Source: Campylobacterales bacterium (GTDB lineage Bacteria > Campylobacterota > Campylobacteria > Campylobacterales > QNZT01). From it: a stretch of 64,000 nt of DNA. The notes below the pieces were generated by a model. That model did no database searches. It was not told where the DNA came from and saw only the letters and a program-made list of their open reading frames with translations. Below are positions 8,831-19,555 of this stretch, piece by piece. The number at the start of each line of letters is the position of its first letter. Position 1 is the first letter of the stretch. The translations under genes and the position numbers were made by a program. The DNA is taken from assembly GCA_016744895.1 (NCBI GenBank), contig JADGDK010000001.1, forward strand, positions 39,463 through 103,462. Reading direction: 5' to 3'.

Positions 8831-9358
8831 TTATTTTTTTGGTCTAAATACTTTTATAATCTCTTCATTACATTCGATATAATTTCCACCAATAAGATCC
8901 ACACAATAAGGCACTGCAGGGAAAACTGCATCTAAACACTCTCTGATAGACTTTGGTTTTCCTGGAAGATTGATGATCAGACTTTTCCCTCTTATCCCTG
9001 CACTTTGACGAGACAGTATGGCAGTTGGAACATACTGAAGACTTACTTGACGCATCAACTCTCCAAATCCGGGAAGCATCTTTTCACAAACATTTTCAGT
9101 TGCTTCTGGTGTCACATCTCTTGGTGCTGGTCCAGTACCGCCTGTAGTGACAATCAAATCACATCCTAACTCTTGAAGCTCTATAATTGTTTTTTCAATG
9201 ACATCTTGTTCATCAGGTATACAGCGGTAAAACTGTTCAAACTCATTTTTAAGATAGTCTTTCATGGTATCTATAATTGCCACACCTGAAATATCATCGT
9301 AAATTCCTTTGCTTGCACGATCTGAAGCGGTTATAATCCCTACTTTTATTATGTCCAT
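8831..9358 (-). CDS. mogA: Molybdopterin adenylyltransferase MogA
   Basis: 175 aa. ASDRASKGIYDD..TTGGTGPAPRDVTPEAT..LPGKPKSIRE aligns closely with E. coli MogA. Confidence 0.9.
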   Translation of the reverse strand: MDIIKVGIITASDRASKGIYDDISGVAIIDTMKDYLKNEFEQFYRCIPDEQDVIEKTIIELQELGCDLIVTTGGTGPAPRDVTPEATENVCEKMLPGFGELMRQVSLQYVPTAILSRQSAGIRGKSLIINLPGKPKSIRECLDAVFPAVPYCVDLIGGNYIECNEEIIKVFRPKK

Positions 9359-9861
9359 AATATATGTCCTCCCTTTTTTATAAAATATACAGTGGCATAA
9401 TTTTTGAAAAATTCATATGCCTTCTTACTATCAATAATCTTATCTTCTCCACCAAGATACACTTCAATCTCAACACCTCGCTCTTTCAATGCCTTAAGTT
9501 TTGAAGGCTCCCAAATAAATTCTAAAAGTTTTTGAAGTGCTTCTACGTCGTCTTGTTTATAATAACCTTGCATTTTTGTTGTTGAAGGATAAGCAATATT
9601 TTCTAAAAACTGTTTTTCATATGCTTTTTGATTTTTTTGATAACTTATGGTTTGAAGTCTCTTAAATTTTTCGCTTTTATCTTGAAAAAATGCGGGTGAA
9701 AAAAGTTGTAATTTATCCACTCTTTTATCAGTATTGTGAACATATTCAAATGCTCTAACAGCACCTAAGCTAAATCCACTTATCGTATAGTCACTTTTTT
9801 TCAAATACTCTTGAAAAAGTGCCTCTTCTCCATCAAGAGAAAAACCACTAAAGAAATTCAC
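9349..9861 (-). CDS. Small alpha/beta hydrolase (BioV/BioG-like pimeloyl-ACP methyl ester esterase candidate)
   Basis: 170 aa. GFSLGA nucleophile-elbow motif and a C-terminal His (GGHILW). Its position next to the FtsH paralogue mirrors H. pylori HP0286-HP0287 (from memory). Function not proven. Confidence 0.45.
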   Translation of the reverse strand: MNFFSGFSLDGEEALFQEYLKKSDYTISGFSLGAVRAFEYVHNTDKRVDKLQLFSPAFFQDKSEKFKRLQTISYQKNQKAYEKQFLENIAYPSTTKMQGYYKQDDVEALQKLLEFIWEPSKLKALKERGVEIEVYLGGEDKIIDSKKAYEFFKNYATVYFIKKGGHILWT

Positions 9862-11515
9862 CTACCACCTTTTGAAGCTCTTGACGACTTACACTCTCAT
9901 TTTCAAGCAAAAGTGATTCTAGTTTTAAAACAGCATCTTTGGTGCGTGCTAAAAATTGCTCAACATCCTCTATCGCCTCATCAATAAGATTTGCACTATC
10001 AACGGCTGAGGGTAAAATTCCATCTCCCATGCCATAGTGTTGTACCATCTCATCAGCAATCATCTTTGCTTTTTTAAGATCTACTGCGGCATTGGAATAA
10101 GTCTCATGATAAAAAAGTTCACTTGCTACAAAACCCGAAAGGTAGACTTTTAGTTTAGAGAGCATTTGTGTTTTAGATTCAATTTCTTTTTCCACATCTT
10201 TGATAAAACCATTGATCATTGTCACCTTATCAAAATCTACTTCATACCAATATGCACTTAAAGCTTTAGCCGCTTGATAAGTAGCTTGAATACGCTTCTC
10301 ATCTTCTGAATAACTTAAGATTTTTCGTTTCCCTAAAAGCACTTTATCTTTTACGTCATTAAAATCTTGCATCTCAACTATTTTACTATCTCTCTTTAAA
10401 GCATTTAAAGCAGCTTCGTTTACCAATGTTGAAAGCGCAGCACCAGAAAATCCAACACTCATTTTAGCAATCTCTTTGCTATCAACTTCATGTGTTTTAC
10501 CTAAAAGATAAACATCAATAATCTCTTGACGCTCTTTGATATCTGGTAAAGAGACAAAAACACGTCTGTCAAATCTTCCAGCACGAAGTAGCGCTTCATC
10601 TAACATCTCCATTTTATTGGTAGCAGCTATGACAATGACATTGGAGCTATCTTCAAATCCATCCATTTCAGTGAGCAGTTGATTAAGTGTTGACTCTCTC
10701 TCATCATTGCGTCCACCTCCTCTTGCCTTTCCTACAGCATCTATTTCATCAATAAATATTATCGCAGGAGCATAGCGTTTAGCATTTTCAAAAAGTTCTC
10801 TTACTCTTTTAGCACCCATACCAACATAAATTTGAACAAATGAAGCACCACTATGGTAAAAAAATGGTACATCTGCTTCACCTGCAACTGCTTTTGCAAT
10901 CATCGTTTTTCCTACTCCAGGAGGGCCTATAAGCAAAACACCACGAGGAAGTGAAATCCCAAAATCCATATACTTTTTAGGATTTTTTAAAAAATCAACA
11001 ATCTCCATCAATTCCTCTTTGACATCATCAATTCCAGCTACATTGTCAAACGTTACGTCAGATTTAGAAGGTTCTATTTTTCGAGAAAATTGAAGATGTT
11101 CTAACTCAGCAGAGGGTTCTTGTTTTTGTTGCATCTGTTCTTTTTCTTTTGCTCTAAGTCGCGTTCGTTTTCCAAAAATCAATGCAATCATAATTGTAAA
11201 TGCAAAGAGTAAAAAAGCAAAAATAATACTTGTATAATTACTATTTTGTTTGACTTCAACAGGAACTTTGGTTAAAAGCTCTTCGATATTGATACCATCT
11301 TTGATAATGGAATAACTATCTTCATTCGTATAGAGTATCACTTCAAAATCTTTAATTTGTGCCCTTGTAAAAAGATCATTTTTAAGAAAATTTTGATAAG
11401 TATTAAGATCAATAATTTTTGGTGGCGTATTTATATATGCTATAAAAGAGAGTGCAAGAAGTATCAAAAATGCAATAATTGGAATTAATAATTTTTTATT
11501 AAGTGAAATTTGCAT
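9848..11515 (-). CDS. FtsH-like AAA+ ATPase with degenerate (HEXXH-less) M41 domain
   Basis: Two TM segments, Walker A GPPGVGKT, Walker B IIFIDEID. YQAAK replaces the HEAGH zinc site. The ATG at 11515 has GAGG 6 nt upstream (the track start at 11527 is an alternative). Confidence 0.8.
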   Translation of the reverse strand: MQISLNKKLLIPIIAFLILLALSFIAYINTPPKIIDLNTYQNFLKNDLFTRAQIKDFEVILYTNEDSYSIIKDGINIEELLTKVPVEVKQNSNYTSIIFAFLLFAFTIMIALIFGKRTRLRAKEKEQMQQKQEPSAELEHLQFSRKIEPSKSDVTFDNVAGIDDVKEELMEIVDFLKNPKKYMDFGISLPRGVLLIGPPGVGKTMIAKAVAGEADVPFFYHSGASFVQIYVGMGAKRVRELFENAKRYAPAIIFIDEIDAVGKARGGGRNDERESTLNQLLTEMDGFEDSSNVIVIAATNKMEMLDEALLRAGRFDRRVFVSLPDIKERQEIIDVYLLGKTHEVDSKEIAKMSVGFSGAALSTLVNEAALNALKRDSKIVEMQDFNDVKDKVLLGKRKILSYSEDEKRIQATYQAAKALSAYWYEVDFDKVTMINGFIKDVEKEIESKTQMLSKLKVYLSGFVASELFYHETYSNAAVDLKKAKMIADEMVQHYGMGDGILPSAVDSANLIDEAIEDVEQFLARTKDAVLKLESLLLENESVSRQELQKVVGEFL

Positions 11516-12743
11516 AATTAGCCTCATTTTTTACTTCATACTCTGGTATATTGATCCACTCTTTTTGCAGTGATTTTTCACTTTTTATCAATATCTTATT
11601 AAAAAATTGATCATATCCTACTTGGTACTCCCCTTTTTGCTCTTCTACAAGCACTAATAAGTTATTTTGATATTTTTTACGAAATGAAAAATTATTTTCA
11701 GAGACTAAAGCTTCAAGTACTTTAAGTCTCTTTTTTGCAACATCTCCTGCAACTCTATCTTTAAGAGTACTTGCATGCGTACCGACTCTATCACTGTAAC
11801 TAAATCCATGAAGATGAGTAATAGGAAATTTTTTAAAATTTTCCAAAGCATCTTTCCATATTAATTCGCTTTCACCAGGGTGTCCTACGATAAAATCAGT
11901 TCCCAAAGCAAATCCTTTATCACTAATAAACTCAAAAAGCTCTAAATCACTCTTTAAAGCGTTTCTTCGTCGCATAATACGAAGCATCTCCTCATTACTA
12001 TGTTGTAGTGCAATATGTAAATGTTTCTCAAGCCAATACTCATCTAAAAGTTCTAAAAACTCTTCATCAATTTGTACAGGTTCTAAGGAACCAAGACGCA
12101 CTCTTTTGACACCTTTTATCAGTGAAATTCTCTTTAAAAGTTTAGCGATAGAACTACTTTTATCTTTTCCATAACTTCCAATATTTGTACCCGTTAAAAC
12201 AAATTCACCAAAACCATTATCTGCCAATGTACCAATTTGTTCGATGATTTTATCTTCATCTTGACTTCGGGCATTTCCTCTTACAGATGGGATAATACAA
12301 TAAGAACAACGAAAATCACAGCCCTCTTGAATTTTTATAAATGCTTTTGTTTTTGCTGAGAAATCTTCAACAATAGTCTCATCAATACTCTCTAAATCTC
12401 CCAATTGAAAAAAGGGTTCACTACTTTTTAAAAGCGTATTTATCTTCGCCTTTTCAGAATGACCAAACACCCCATGAACTTTTTGATCTGAAAAAAGTTC
12501 ATCTCCTTTACTAAAGGCTCCACATCCTGCAAGTATCACTTTTTTGTCTTTTCTATTAAGTGCATTTATATAACTTCTCGCACTTCCATCAGCTGAATTT
12601 GTCACTGTACATGAATTAACAACAACGATATCAGCATCATCTTCATTTGCTACTGTCATAAAATCTTTGAGATTTTGTACCATGATTTGAGTATCATAGA
12701 TATTGGTACGGCAACCAAATGTTTTAAAGAACACCTTCTTCAT
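11499..12743 (-). CDS. mtaB: MtaB-like radical SAM methylthiotransferase (MiaB/RimO family)
   Basis: Start trimmed to [19 protein letters not shown] (ATG 12743-12741). Radical SAM CDFRCSYC motif. The 38-codon upstream extension in the track overlaps the MscS gene. Confidence 0.7.
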   Translation of the reverse strand: MKKVFFKTFGCRTNIYDTQIMVQNLKDFMTVANEDDADIVVVNSCTVTNSADGSARSYINALNRKDKKVILAGCGAFSKGDELFSDQKVHGVFGHSEKAKINTLLKSSEPFFQLGDLESIDETIVEDFSAKTKAFIKIQEGCDFRCSYCIIPSVRGNARSQDEDKIIEQIGTLADNGFGEFVLTGTNIGSYGKDKSSSIAKLLKRISLIKGVKRVRLGSLEPVQIDEEFLELLDEYWLEKHLHIALQHSNEEMLRIMRRRNALKSDLELFEFISDKGFALGTDFIVGHPGESELIWKDALENFKKFPITHLHGFSYSDRVGTHASTLKDRVAGDVAKKRLKVLEALVSENNFSFRKKYQNNLLVLVEEQKGEYQVGYDQFFNKILIKSEKSLQKEWINIPEYEVKNEANYANFT

Positions 12744-14388
12744 TGATGTCCTCTCCTTTATCTGGTAAATGTTGATCCCTTTTAATATTAACAATTTGAG
12801 TAGGGTATGCAATTTTAATATCATCTTCTGCATTGATTGCATCAATAATATTTGCAAATATATTACTTCTAAGCGTTAAGGTCGCATAAGAATTCGTCAT
12901 ATACCAACAACTTATTTTAATACCATGCTCTTCCATAAAGGTATAAGCTCTTGGCTCAACATTGATATTTTTAAGACTATATTGACTTCGTAGCATATTA
13001 AGCTGTTTTCTAGAGATATCGGTATAACCCTTTGAGTATTTTTTAACAATCTCTTTAGAAAGGTGTAATGCTTTTTTATAGTTTGAGTCATAAGTAATCA
13101 TAAAGTCAACGCCGTCCCAAACTGTTTTTAGTTTTCCATGTGTATAGTTTGCTAAAAGATCTGTAAAAATATAGTTATTTGGAATAAAGATAATTCTCCC
13201 TGCTCTTCTATTATGGTTTAAAGTGGTAAGCGTAACATCTTCGAGAATAGTCATTCTTAAAAGTGATATATCTACAATATCACCTACATACTCCAAGCCA
13301 TTTTTCATAACTCTTACCCGATCACCTACATGAAAACTTCCACCAAAAACAACAACAATCCATCCAAGAACACTCATAAATAGATCTTTCATAGCAAATG
13401 CCACACCCGCTGATGCAAAACCTAAAACAGTAACAATATGAGAAACATTTTCCAAAAAAGAGAAAAGAAGCACCAACAAAATAAGTATAAAGTTAGTAAA
13501 ATTGATCCCTTTATTTGCCATATAGTATCGTTCATTATCTGAAATTGTTTTTTTAGCCAGATATTTAAAAAGAAATGAAAGTAAAAGTATCACTAAAATA
13601 ATAATAGCGATATTGAATAATCTCTTCATTTGTGCTTTGATATCTGTTGTAGCTTTTAAGGCATTATCATCAACTTTTTTAGCATAAAGCTTAAAAGTTT
13701 TCCCTGCAATATCATGTGTGGAGATAATTTCATCCAATTCATACTCTAATTTTTCAATACGATTTAAATTATAATCTCCACCATAAATTTGATTTAATCT
13801 TTTCGAGTGGTGCTCTTTTTCAGTTAGTTTGGAGATAAGTGCTTTAAGTGATAAAAGATCTCTATTAAAACTCTCTTTCTTTTTCTTCATCGTTTTAAGG
13901 TAAGTAAATCCATTAAAAATATTAAACGGATTTTCAATTGGCGGAGCTGATTCTAACTCCTTTGGCTTTGTCAAACTTTCAAATGGAGGTGCTTTAAAAT
14001 CACTTAAAAGTTCAAGTTGATTTTGTAATGCTTTATCTTGACGTGTAAGCTCCAGTAGTTTATCAGCCTCTTTTTTGGGATCGATTTTTTTAATCTGATC
14101 TTCAATTTCATTGAGTTCATTCTCTATATCAATGTAAATTTGATGGTTATTATATTTGGTATACCAAATATCTTTTTTAAGATCTTGATCAATTTGTTGC
14201 AGTTTTTCGTTAATTTCAGTGGCTTCTTCTTTAAGCTTTTGTGCACGTTTTTGCTCATGATCTGTAAGTTTTCGCTCAATTGTAGTATTTGCTTTTACTT
14301 GGTCGAAATTTTCAACCGTCTCATTTATATCTGCATATAATGAGGTACTAAATAAAAATATGAGTAGGTATAGAAGATTTTTTTTCAA
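12724..14388 (-). CDS. Mechanosensitive ion channel family protein (MscS family) with long coiled-coil periplasmic N-terminus
   Basis: 554 aa. Signal peptide, TM helices, and the conserved [24 protein letters not shown] beta-domain motif. Confidence 0.85.
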   Translation of the reverse strand: MKKNLLYLLIFLFSTSLYADINETVENFDQVKANTTIERKLTDHEQKRAQKLKEEATEINEKLQQIDQDLKKDIWYTKYNNHQIYIDIENELNEIEDQIKKIDPKKEADKLLELTRQDKALQNQLELLSDFKAPPFESLTKPKELESAPPIENPFNIFNGFTYLKTMKKKKESFNRDLLSLKALISKLTEKEHHSKRLNQIYGGDYNLNRIEKLEYELDEIISTHDIAGKTFKLYAKKVDDNALKATTDIKAQMKRLFNIAIIILVILLLSFLFKYLAKKTISDNERYYMANKGINFTNFILILLVLLFSFLENVSHIVTVLGFASAGVAFAMKDLFMSVLGWIVVVFGGSFHVGDRVRVMKNGLEYVGDIVDISLLRMTILEDVTLTTLNHNRRAGRIIFIPNNYIFTDLLANYTHGKLKTVWDGVDFMITYDSNYKKALHLSKEIVKKYSKGYTDISRKQLNMLRSQYSLKNINVEPRAYTFMEEHGIKISCWYMTNSYATLTLRSNIFANIIDAINAEDDIKIAYPTQIVNIKRDQHLPDKGEDINEEGVL

Positions 14389-15431
14389 ACGCTATACTCT
14401 TTCAAAACAGAAAGTACAATCTCTTTATCAATATCATCCCTCATCTGATGATCACCTAATCCTTTGGCTAAGATAAATTTTATTTTTGTATCATCTGCTT
14501 TTTTATCAAGAAAGAAGTGATTATAAAAAGCATTCACATCTTTAATTTCATAAGTAGTAGGTAAATCATATGAAGCTAAAATATTCTTAATCCTCTGGCT
14601 CTGGGAACTTGATAAAAGATCAAGTTTCACTGCCAAATCATTTGCCATACAGATACCGATAGAAACTGCCTCTCCATGAAGATATTTTTTATAATCTGTT
14701 AAATTCTCAACAACATGCGCAAATGTATGACCATAGTTAAGTACAGCCCGTAGGCCTTTCTCTTTCTCATCTTGCGCAACTACCCAAGCCTTAGTCTCTA
14801 CACTTTTTTTAATTGAGAGTTGTAAATCAGAAATTTTTCTCAAATCTGCTTCTTCCAACCACTCAAAAAACTCTAAATCAAAAGTAACAGCCATTTTTAC
14901 AATTTCTGCAACTCCAGCTCCAAATTCACGTGAAGGAAGTGATTTTAAAAAGTCTGTTTGAATATAAACAGCTTGAGGTTGATGAAAAGCTCCAATAAGA
15001 TTTTTACCAAATTTATTATTGATACCTGTTTTTCCACCCACGCTTGCATCAACTTGAGAAAGCAGTGTAGTAGGAACTTGTATAAAATCAATACCTCTTT
15101 GATAAATAGAAGCAACAAATCCAGTCATGTCACCTATAACACCTCCACCAAATGCAATAAGTGTAGATCCACGATTAAATTTATGATTAAAAAGATTCTC
15201 TAAAATAAGATCAATACTCTCTTGATTTTTATAAGATTCTCCATCAGCTATGGTAATGATATAAAGCTCATCTGCAGTAATTTTTTCAAGTAAAGATTTT
15301 AAATGAAGCCCAGAGACTTTAGGATTAGTAATGATCGCAACTTTTCCAGAAAGATTTAGACTCGTTAAAGCATCAATATAAACAGAATAATTTGAACTAT
15401 TTTTTGCCTCAAAGTTGATATCGACCTTCAT
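14385..15431 (-). CDS. aroB: 3-dehydroquinate synthase
   Basis: [43 protein letters not shown] motifs. The MKVDINF start at 15431 has GGGGA upstream. Confidence 0.92.
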   Translation of the reverse strand: MKVDINFEAKNSSNYSVYIDALTSLNLSGKVAIITNPKVSGLHLKSLLEKITADELYIITIADGESYKNQESIDLILENLFNHKFNRGSTLIAFGGGVIGDMTGFVASIYQRGIDFIQVPTTLLSQVDASVGGKTGINNKFGKNLIGAFHQPQAVYIQTDFLKSLPSREFGAGVAEIVKMAVTFDLEFFEWLEEADLRKISDLQLSIKKSVETKAWVVAQDEKEKGLRAVLNYGHTFAHVVENLTDYKKYLHGEAVSIGICMANDLAVKLDLLSSSQSQRIKNILASYDLPTTYEIKDVNAFYNHFFLDKKADDTKIKFILAKGLGDHQMRDDIDKEIVLSVLKEYSV

Positions 15432-15530
15432 ACACATCCCCAAACTTAAATTATTAAACTATTATATCAAAAAATATTTAGAATCCCTTATTGAAAAGAA
15501 ATGGAGGATTTCCATTAGAAAAAGCAAAGC

Positions 15531-16934
15531 TTATTCTGATGGGATAAACAGCTGATAATTACTTTTAAATCTAAAATAATGTTTCTCAATATCTGTAGAA
15601 AAATAAGAAGCAATTTTTGAGGATAACATGCTCTCTTCAAAAATTACAAACTGAAGGAAATCATCTCTTTTTCCAAGTTCTATAATAGGATTTTTTTCAG
15701 TTTTTAATACTTTTATTTTCTCATCAAATAATTTTCCAAGGTTTTGAAAATGGCTAATAATTTTATCTTGTTCCTCACTATTTTCTAAATGCACATCAAA
15801 AAGTGTAATTTCACTTTTAAGCTGTGATGAAATATCAAAAATAATTGAAGAGATTTTTTCAGCTTTTTCACTATTAGAACTAAGAAAAACAGACTCTTTA
15901 ATTGTAAAAAACCCACTCTCTGCGACTTTAAAAATAGGAAGTTTTAAATGATAAAGAAATTGAAGATTATCATGCAAAAATTTTTGATTCGTCATAATAA
16001 GTCCAATATAATACTCTTCCACATCTTTAGAAATAATGTTATGTGCATTATCATTGCGAAAATCAAACTCTACAAACATGTTTGAATTTGCATAACTTTT
16101 TATCTTGTCTAAAATATGTGAATACCTAGAGTTAACAATCTTAAAAATCAATTTATTACTATTTAACTTAGAATGCAAAATCATAGCATCATTGGTAAGT
16201 ATTTCTACATCTTGATCACACATAAGTTTCATATCAATATAACAATAAATATTTTCACCAAAAGGAATTGGGAATTGTCCAAACTCTCTTTTAATACTTT
16301 TATAAACACCTTTTAACACATTTGGGTTTCCAACAGAGAGTACGGAGTCATTAGGTAAAAGCATCATTGAAGGGGATGGCAAAAGAAGTTTATGTTCTCT
16401 AAATATTGCTGAAATACGCCATCGTTTTTGATCAATATTTCTTATGTGTCTATAAACATATGGACTTCCAAATGGAATTTTAAACTCCATAATTTCACCA
16501 GTACCTATTCCTAAGTTTTGCGCAAATAGAGGAAGATCCGGTAGATAATTACTGAAAATATTTGAAATCGTATCATGAGCATCAATAACAGTAAGGTTTG
16601 GATCATTGAATTCTAAATCCCATTTATCTACAATGGAAATTTGAATTTTTTGATCTATTTTTCTAATATTGTGATAACTCTCCTCCATATCAGTTTTAGT
16701 TGCAGTAATAAGCATACATTGATAAAAATCTTCATTCTCCACTAAAACAGATATTTTACTAAAACTTGTGGGATCAAATTTGTAATATGAAAACTTTTCA
16801 ACTTTCGTATCAGGCAGTGTTGTTTCATTATAGTAAACAACAAAATACTTATTGTTAGTAGCATCAGAGCTTATCACTCTTTGTAAAAAGCGTTTTGCTG
16901 TTTTACCATCAGCTATAATAAGAATTTTCTTCAT
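15531..16934 (-). CDS. Conserved hypothetical protein (Rossmann/TrkA-N-like N-terminus, COG3400-like)
   Basis: 467 aa, single long ORF. MKKILIIADGKTAKRFLQRV start. I recognise no catalytic motif. Its position next to aroB matches epsilonproteobacterial synteny as I recall it. Confidence 0.5.
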   Translation of the reverse strand: MKKILIIADGKTAKRFLQRVISSDATNNKYFVVYYNETTLPDTKVEKFSYYKFDPTSFSKISVLVENEDFYQCMLITATKTDMEESYHNIRKIDQKIQISIVDKWDLEFNDPNLTVIDAHDTISNIFSNYLPDLPLFAQNLGIGTGEIMEFKIPFGSPYVYRHIRNIDQKRWRISAIFREHKLLLPSPSMMLLPNDSVLSVGNPNVLKGVYKSIKREFGQFPIPFGENIYCYIDMKLMCDQDVEILTNDAMILHSKLNSNKLIFKIVNSRYSHILDKIKSYANSNMFVEFDFRNDNAHNIISKDVEEYYIGLIMTNQKFLHDNLQFLYHLKLPIFKVAESGFFTIKESVFLSSNSEKAEKISSIIFDISSQLKSEITLFDVHLENSEEQDKIISHFQNLGKLFDEKIKVLKTEKNPIIELGKRDDFLQFVIFEESMLSSKIASYFSTDIEKHYFRFKSNYQLFIPSE

Positions 16935-18269
16935 TTAGTATATACCATGTAGTGCTCTAAAACCTTGTGAAATAGGCTCTTGCTTTCTCTCTACGGCTAC
17001 TCTACTTCTAATATATTTTTCTTTACAATTACCATTTTTAATATAATAGAGTGTATCTGAAAGAGAACTCTCATTTATATCACCTATCGCAAAGTTCATA
17101 TTGTTCGCACTCCTACATGTAGGTACTAAACCAGTCTCATAGTCTCCAAAGCCATCTGCATTTACACCCTTAATTTGTACAGGAAAAATATAACTACTAC
17201 AATATTTACCACCAAGCATACCATATGGCTTACCTTTGGTAGGAGTTCCAATCTGAATAACTTCGACACTATTATCTACAGCTTTAAGTCCATTTATCAC
17301 TACTTCACTAGCAGATGCACTACTATTATCAGCAATGATAAAAACTCTTTTTAAATCTAGTGCTTGTTCAGGTCTCTGTTCAAAATATGTTACATTATCA
17401 AATGCTCTATATTTAGCATTAAATATAGTACGTTCTAAAACTTTTCCAGAAACATACTTACCACCTATAAGCGTAGCAAGATGATTAGCTACATAAACAT
17501 ATCCTCCACCATTATAACGAAGGTCTAAAATAAGTTCATCAATGCCTTGCGCCTTAAAATAAGCAAAAGTACTGTCTAAAGCGTCATTAGAAGTTGCTAC
17601 AAAAGTTTTAAAATGCAGGTAACCAACTTTTTTCTCGTCTACATCTATAATATCGTAATGAGATACCGTCTTAATTTCAAAACTCTCTCTAGAGACTGTA
17701 ATATTTCTATCCCCTAAATCAAAGGTAGCCGTTAAATCTACACTACCGTCACCAAAATATCTATCAATAAGCATATTACTTTGACGGATGGTTAAAATAT
17801 CAAAACCATCAACCCCAACGATATGATCACCACGCTTCATGCCAGCCGCGTGCATAGGGGAGTTTGGATAGACATAACTAACACCTAAGTAATCAAATTT
17901 ATTATTCTCATCATATCCATCAATATACAAAAAACCAAAAGATTTTGTTTCACCTTTTTCAAAATAATCTTCTTGACTTGTAGCATCCATGATAAAACTA
18001 AAACGATCTTTATCATGCCGAAGGGCATTTAAAAGTCTCACTTCATTGCCATACGCATAGATCTTAGACTGATTTAAATCAGGCATCTCATCTGCCCAAA
18101 AATAACTATCATGCATTAAATCGTATACAAATTGCATCTTATTTTCAGCACTACACTCTAAAGGATCAGGAGGTGTAACGCTAAAAAGTCCTGTCATCTT
18201 CTGAGTGCTACTATTATTACAAGATACAAAGAAAAACAATGCATATAGTATTATAAATACTTTTTTCAT
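16935..18269 (-). CDS. S41 family C-terminal processing peptidase, lipoprotein
   Basis: Start trimmed to MKKVFIILYALFFFVSC (lipobox). PDZ-like AAGMKRGDHIVGVDG. S41 core ADNSSASASEVVINGLK. 4-bp overlap with the hisD stop. Confidence 0.8.
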   Translation of the reverse strand: MKKVFIILYALFFFVSCNNSSTQKMTGLFSVTPPDPLECSAENKMQFVYDLMHDSYFWADEMPDLNQSKIYAYGNEVRLLNALRHDKDRFSFIMDATSQEDYFEKGETKSFGFLYIDGYDENNKFDYLGVSYVYPNSPMHAAGMKRGDHIVGVDGFDILTIRQSNMLIDRYFGDGSVDLTATFDLGDRNITVSRESFEIKTVSHYDIIDVDEKKVGYLHFKTFVATSNDALDSTFAYFKAQGIDELILDLRYNGGGYVYVANHLATLIGGKYVSGKVLERTIFNAKYRAFDNVTYFEQRPEQALDLKRVFIIADNSSASASEVVINGLKAVDNSVEVIQIGTPTKGKPYGMLGGKYCSSYIFPVQIKGVNADGFGDYETGLVPTCRSANNMNFAIGDINESSLSDTLYYIKNGNCKEKYIRSRVAVERKQEPISQGFRALHGIY

Positions 18270-19555
18270 TTTAACCTTATCTCTACAGATTTTTGGTGGG
18301 CATCTAAACCTTCCGTTTGTGCTAATAATGCGCACGCTTCCCCTATTTCATCCATTCCTTGGCGACTCATACTGATAATCGAAGTTTTTTTCATAAAATT
18401 TTCAACACCAAGTGGAGAATAAAATTTTGCAGTGCCTCCAGTTGGAAGTGTATGATTTGGACCAGCAATATAATCTCCTATAGGTTCAGGTGTATAAGCA
18501 CCCATAAATATTGCCCCTGCGTGTTTGATCTTTGGTAACAGATCAAATGGATTTTCAACCATCAACTCTAAATGTTCTGGTGCAATTTCATTCATCAATT
18601 TACATGCTTCTTCTATATCTTTGGTTACTATAATTGCCCCTCTATTTTCAATGGAAGCAGTTGCAATCTCTTTTCGATCTAATTTTTCTAGTGCTTTATA
18701 AACCTCTTCTTTTGCACTTCGTGCAATTTTTGAAGATGGTGTTATTAAAATTGAACTTGCCATTTCATCATGTTCAGCTTGGCTCAAAAGATCTAAAGCT
18801 AAAAATGCAGGGTTTGCCTCTGCATCTGCTATAATTCCAATCTCACTAGGTCCTGCAATCATGTCAATATTTACCTCTCCAAATACCATCTTTTTTGCAG
18901 TTGCTACAAAGATATTTCCCGGACCTGTGATCACATCTACTTTTGGTATACTTTGAGTTCCATATGCTAAAGCTCCAATGGCACTTGCACCACCAACTTT
19001 ATAGGCAAACTCTATTTTACATAAATGCATAGCCGCAAGCAATAGTTCGTTGATTTCCCCTTCAGGAGCAGGTGTACAGACTACAATATTTTTTACTCCT
19101 GCTACAATAGCTGGAATTGCATTCATCAAAAGTGAACTAGGATACGCTGCTTTTCCGCCAGGGATGTAAAGACCAGCGCTATCAACTGCACTCACTTTTT
19201 GACCAAGTACAATTCCATTATCTTCAAAGTCCATCCACGATTTTGGAAGTTGCTTTTGGTGAAATGCATAAATGCGATCATAAGCAAGGTGCAAAGCATC
19301 TTTAAGCGTACTATCGATGGAGTTATAAGCTTTTTTCATTAATTCAGTATCAATTTGGAGATCAATATCCTCTTTTACATCCCATTTGTCAAACTTATGT
19401 ATATGTTCTTTGAGTGCTCCATTTCCATCTGTTTTAATCTCATTTAAAAGAGATCCCACAATAGCTTCTACACTTTGCATATCCATCTTTCCACGACCTA
19501 AAAGTTCATTAAACTCATCTTCAAATGTTGCACTTTGACTCTCAATAATCTTCAC
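18266..19555 (-). CDS. hisD: Histidinol dehydrogenase
   Basis: 429 aa. GPGNIFVATAKK..AGPSEI..QAEHDE..APEHLEL motifs. Confidence 0.95.
   Translation of the reverse strand: MKIIESQSATFEDEFNELLGRGKMDMQSVEAIVGSLLNEIKTDGNGALKEHIHKFDKWDVKEDIDLQIDTELMKKAYNSIDSTLKDALHLAYDRIYAFHQKQLPKSWMDFEDNGIVLGQKVSAVDSAGLYIPGGKAAYPSSLLMNAIPAIVAGVKNIVVCTPAPEGEINELLLAAMHLCKIEFAYKVGGASAIGALAYGTQSIPKVDVITGPGNIFVATAKKMVFGEVNIDMIAGPSEIGIIADAEANPAFLALDLLSQAEHDEMASSILITPSSKIARSAKEEVYKALEKLDRKEIATASIENRGAIIVTKDIEEACKLMNEIAPEHLELMVENPFDLLPKIKHAGAIFMGAYTPEPIGDYIAGPNHTLPTGGTAKFYSPLGVENFMKKTSIISMSRQGMDEIGEACALLAQTEGLDAHQKSVEIRLK

Noticed and set aside
11499-12857. Long N-terminal extensions in track ORFs (mtaB to 12857, S41 peptidase to 18335, regulator to 57924, large protein from 52498)
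   Set aside because: The extensions overlap upstream genes or lack an RBS. Internal starts give canonical N-termini ([11 protein letters not shown], lipoprotein signal MKKVF..VSC, MDKNK.., MKKIIIL signal peptide) with good Shine-Dalgarno sequences.
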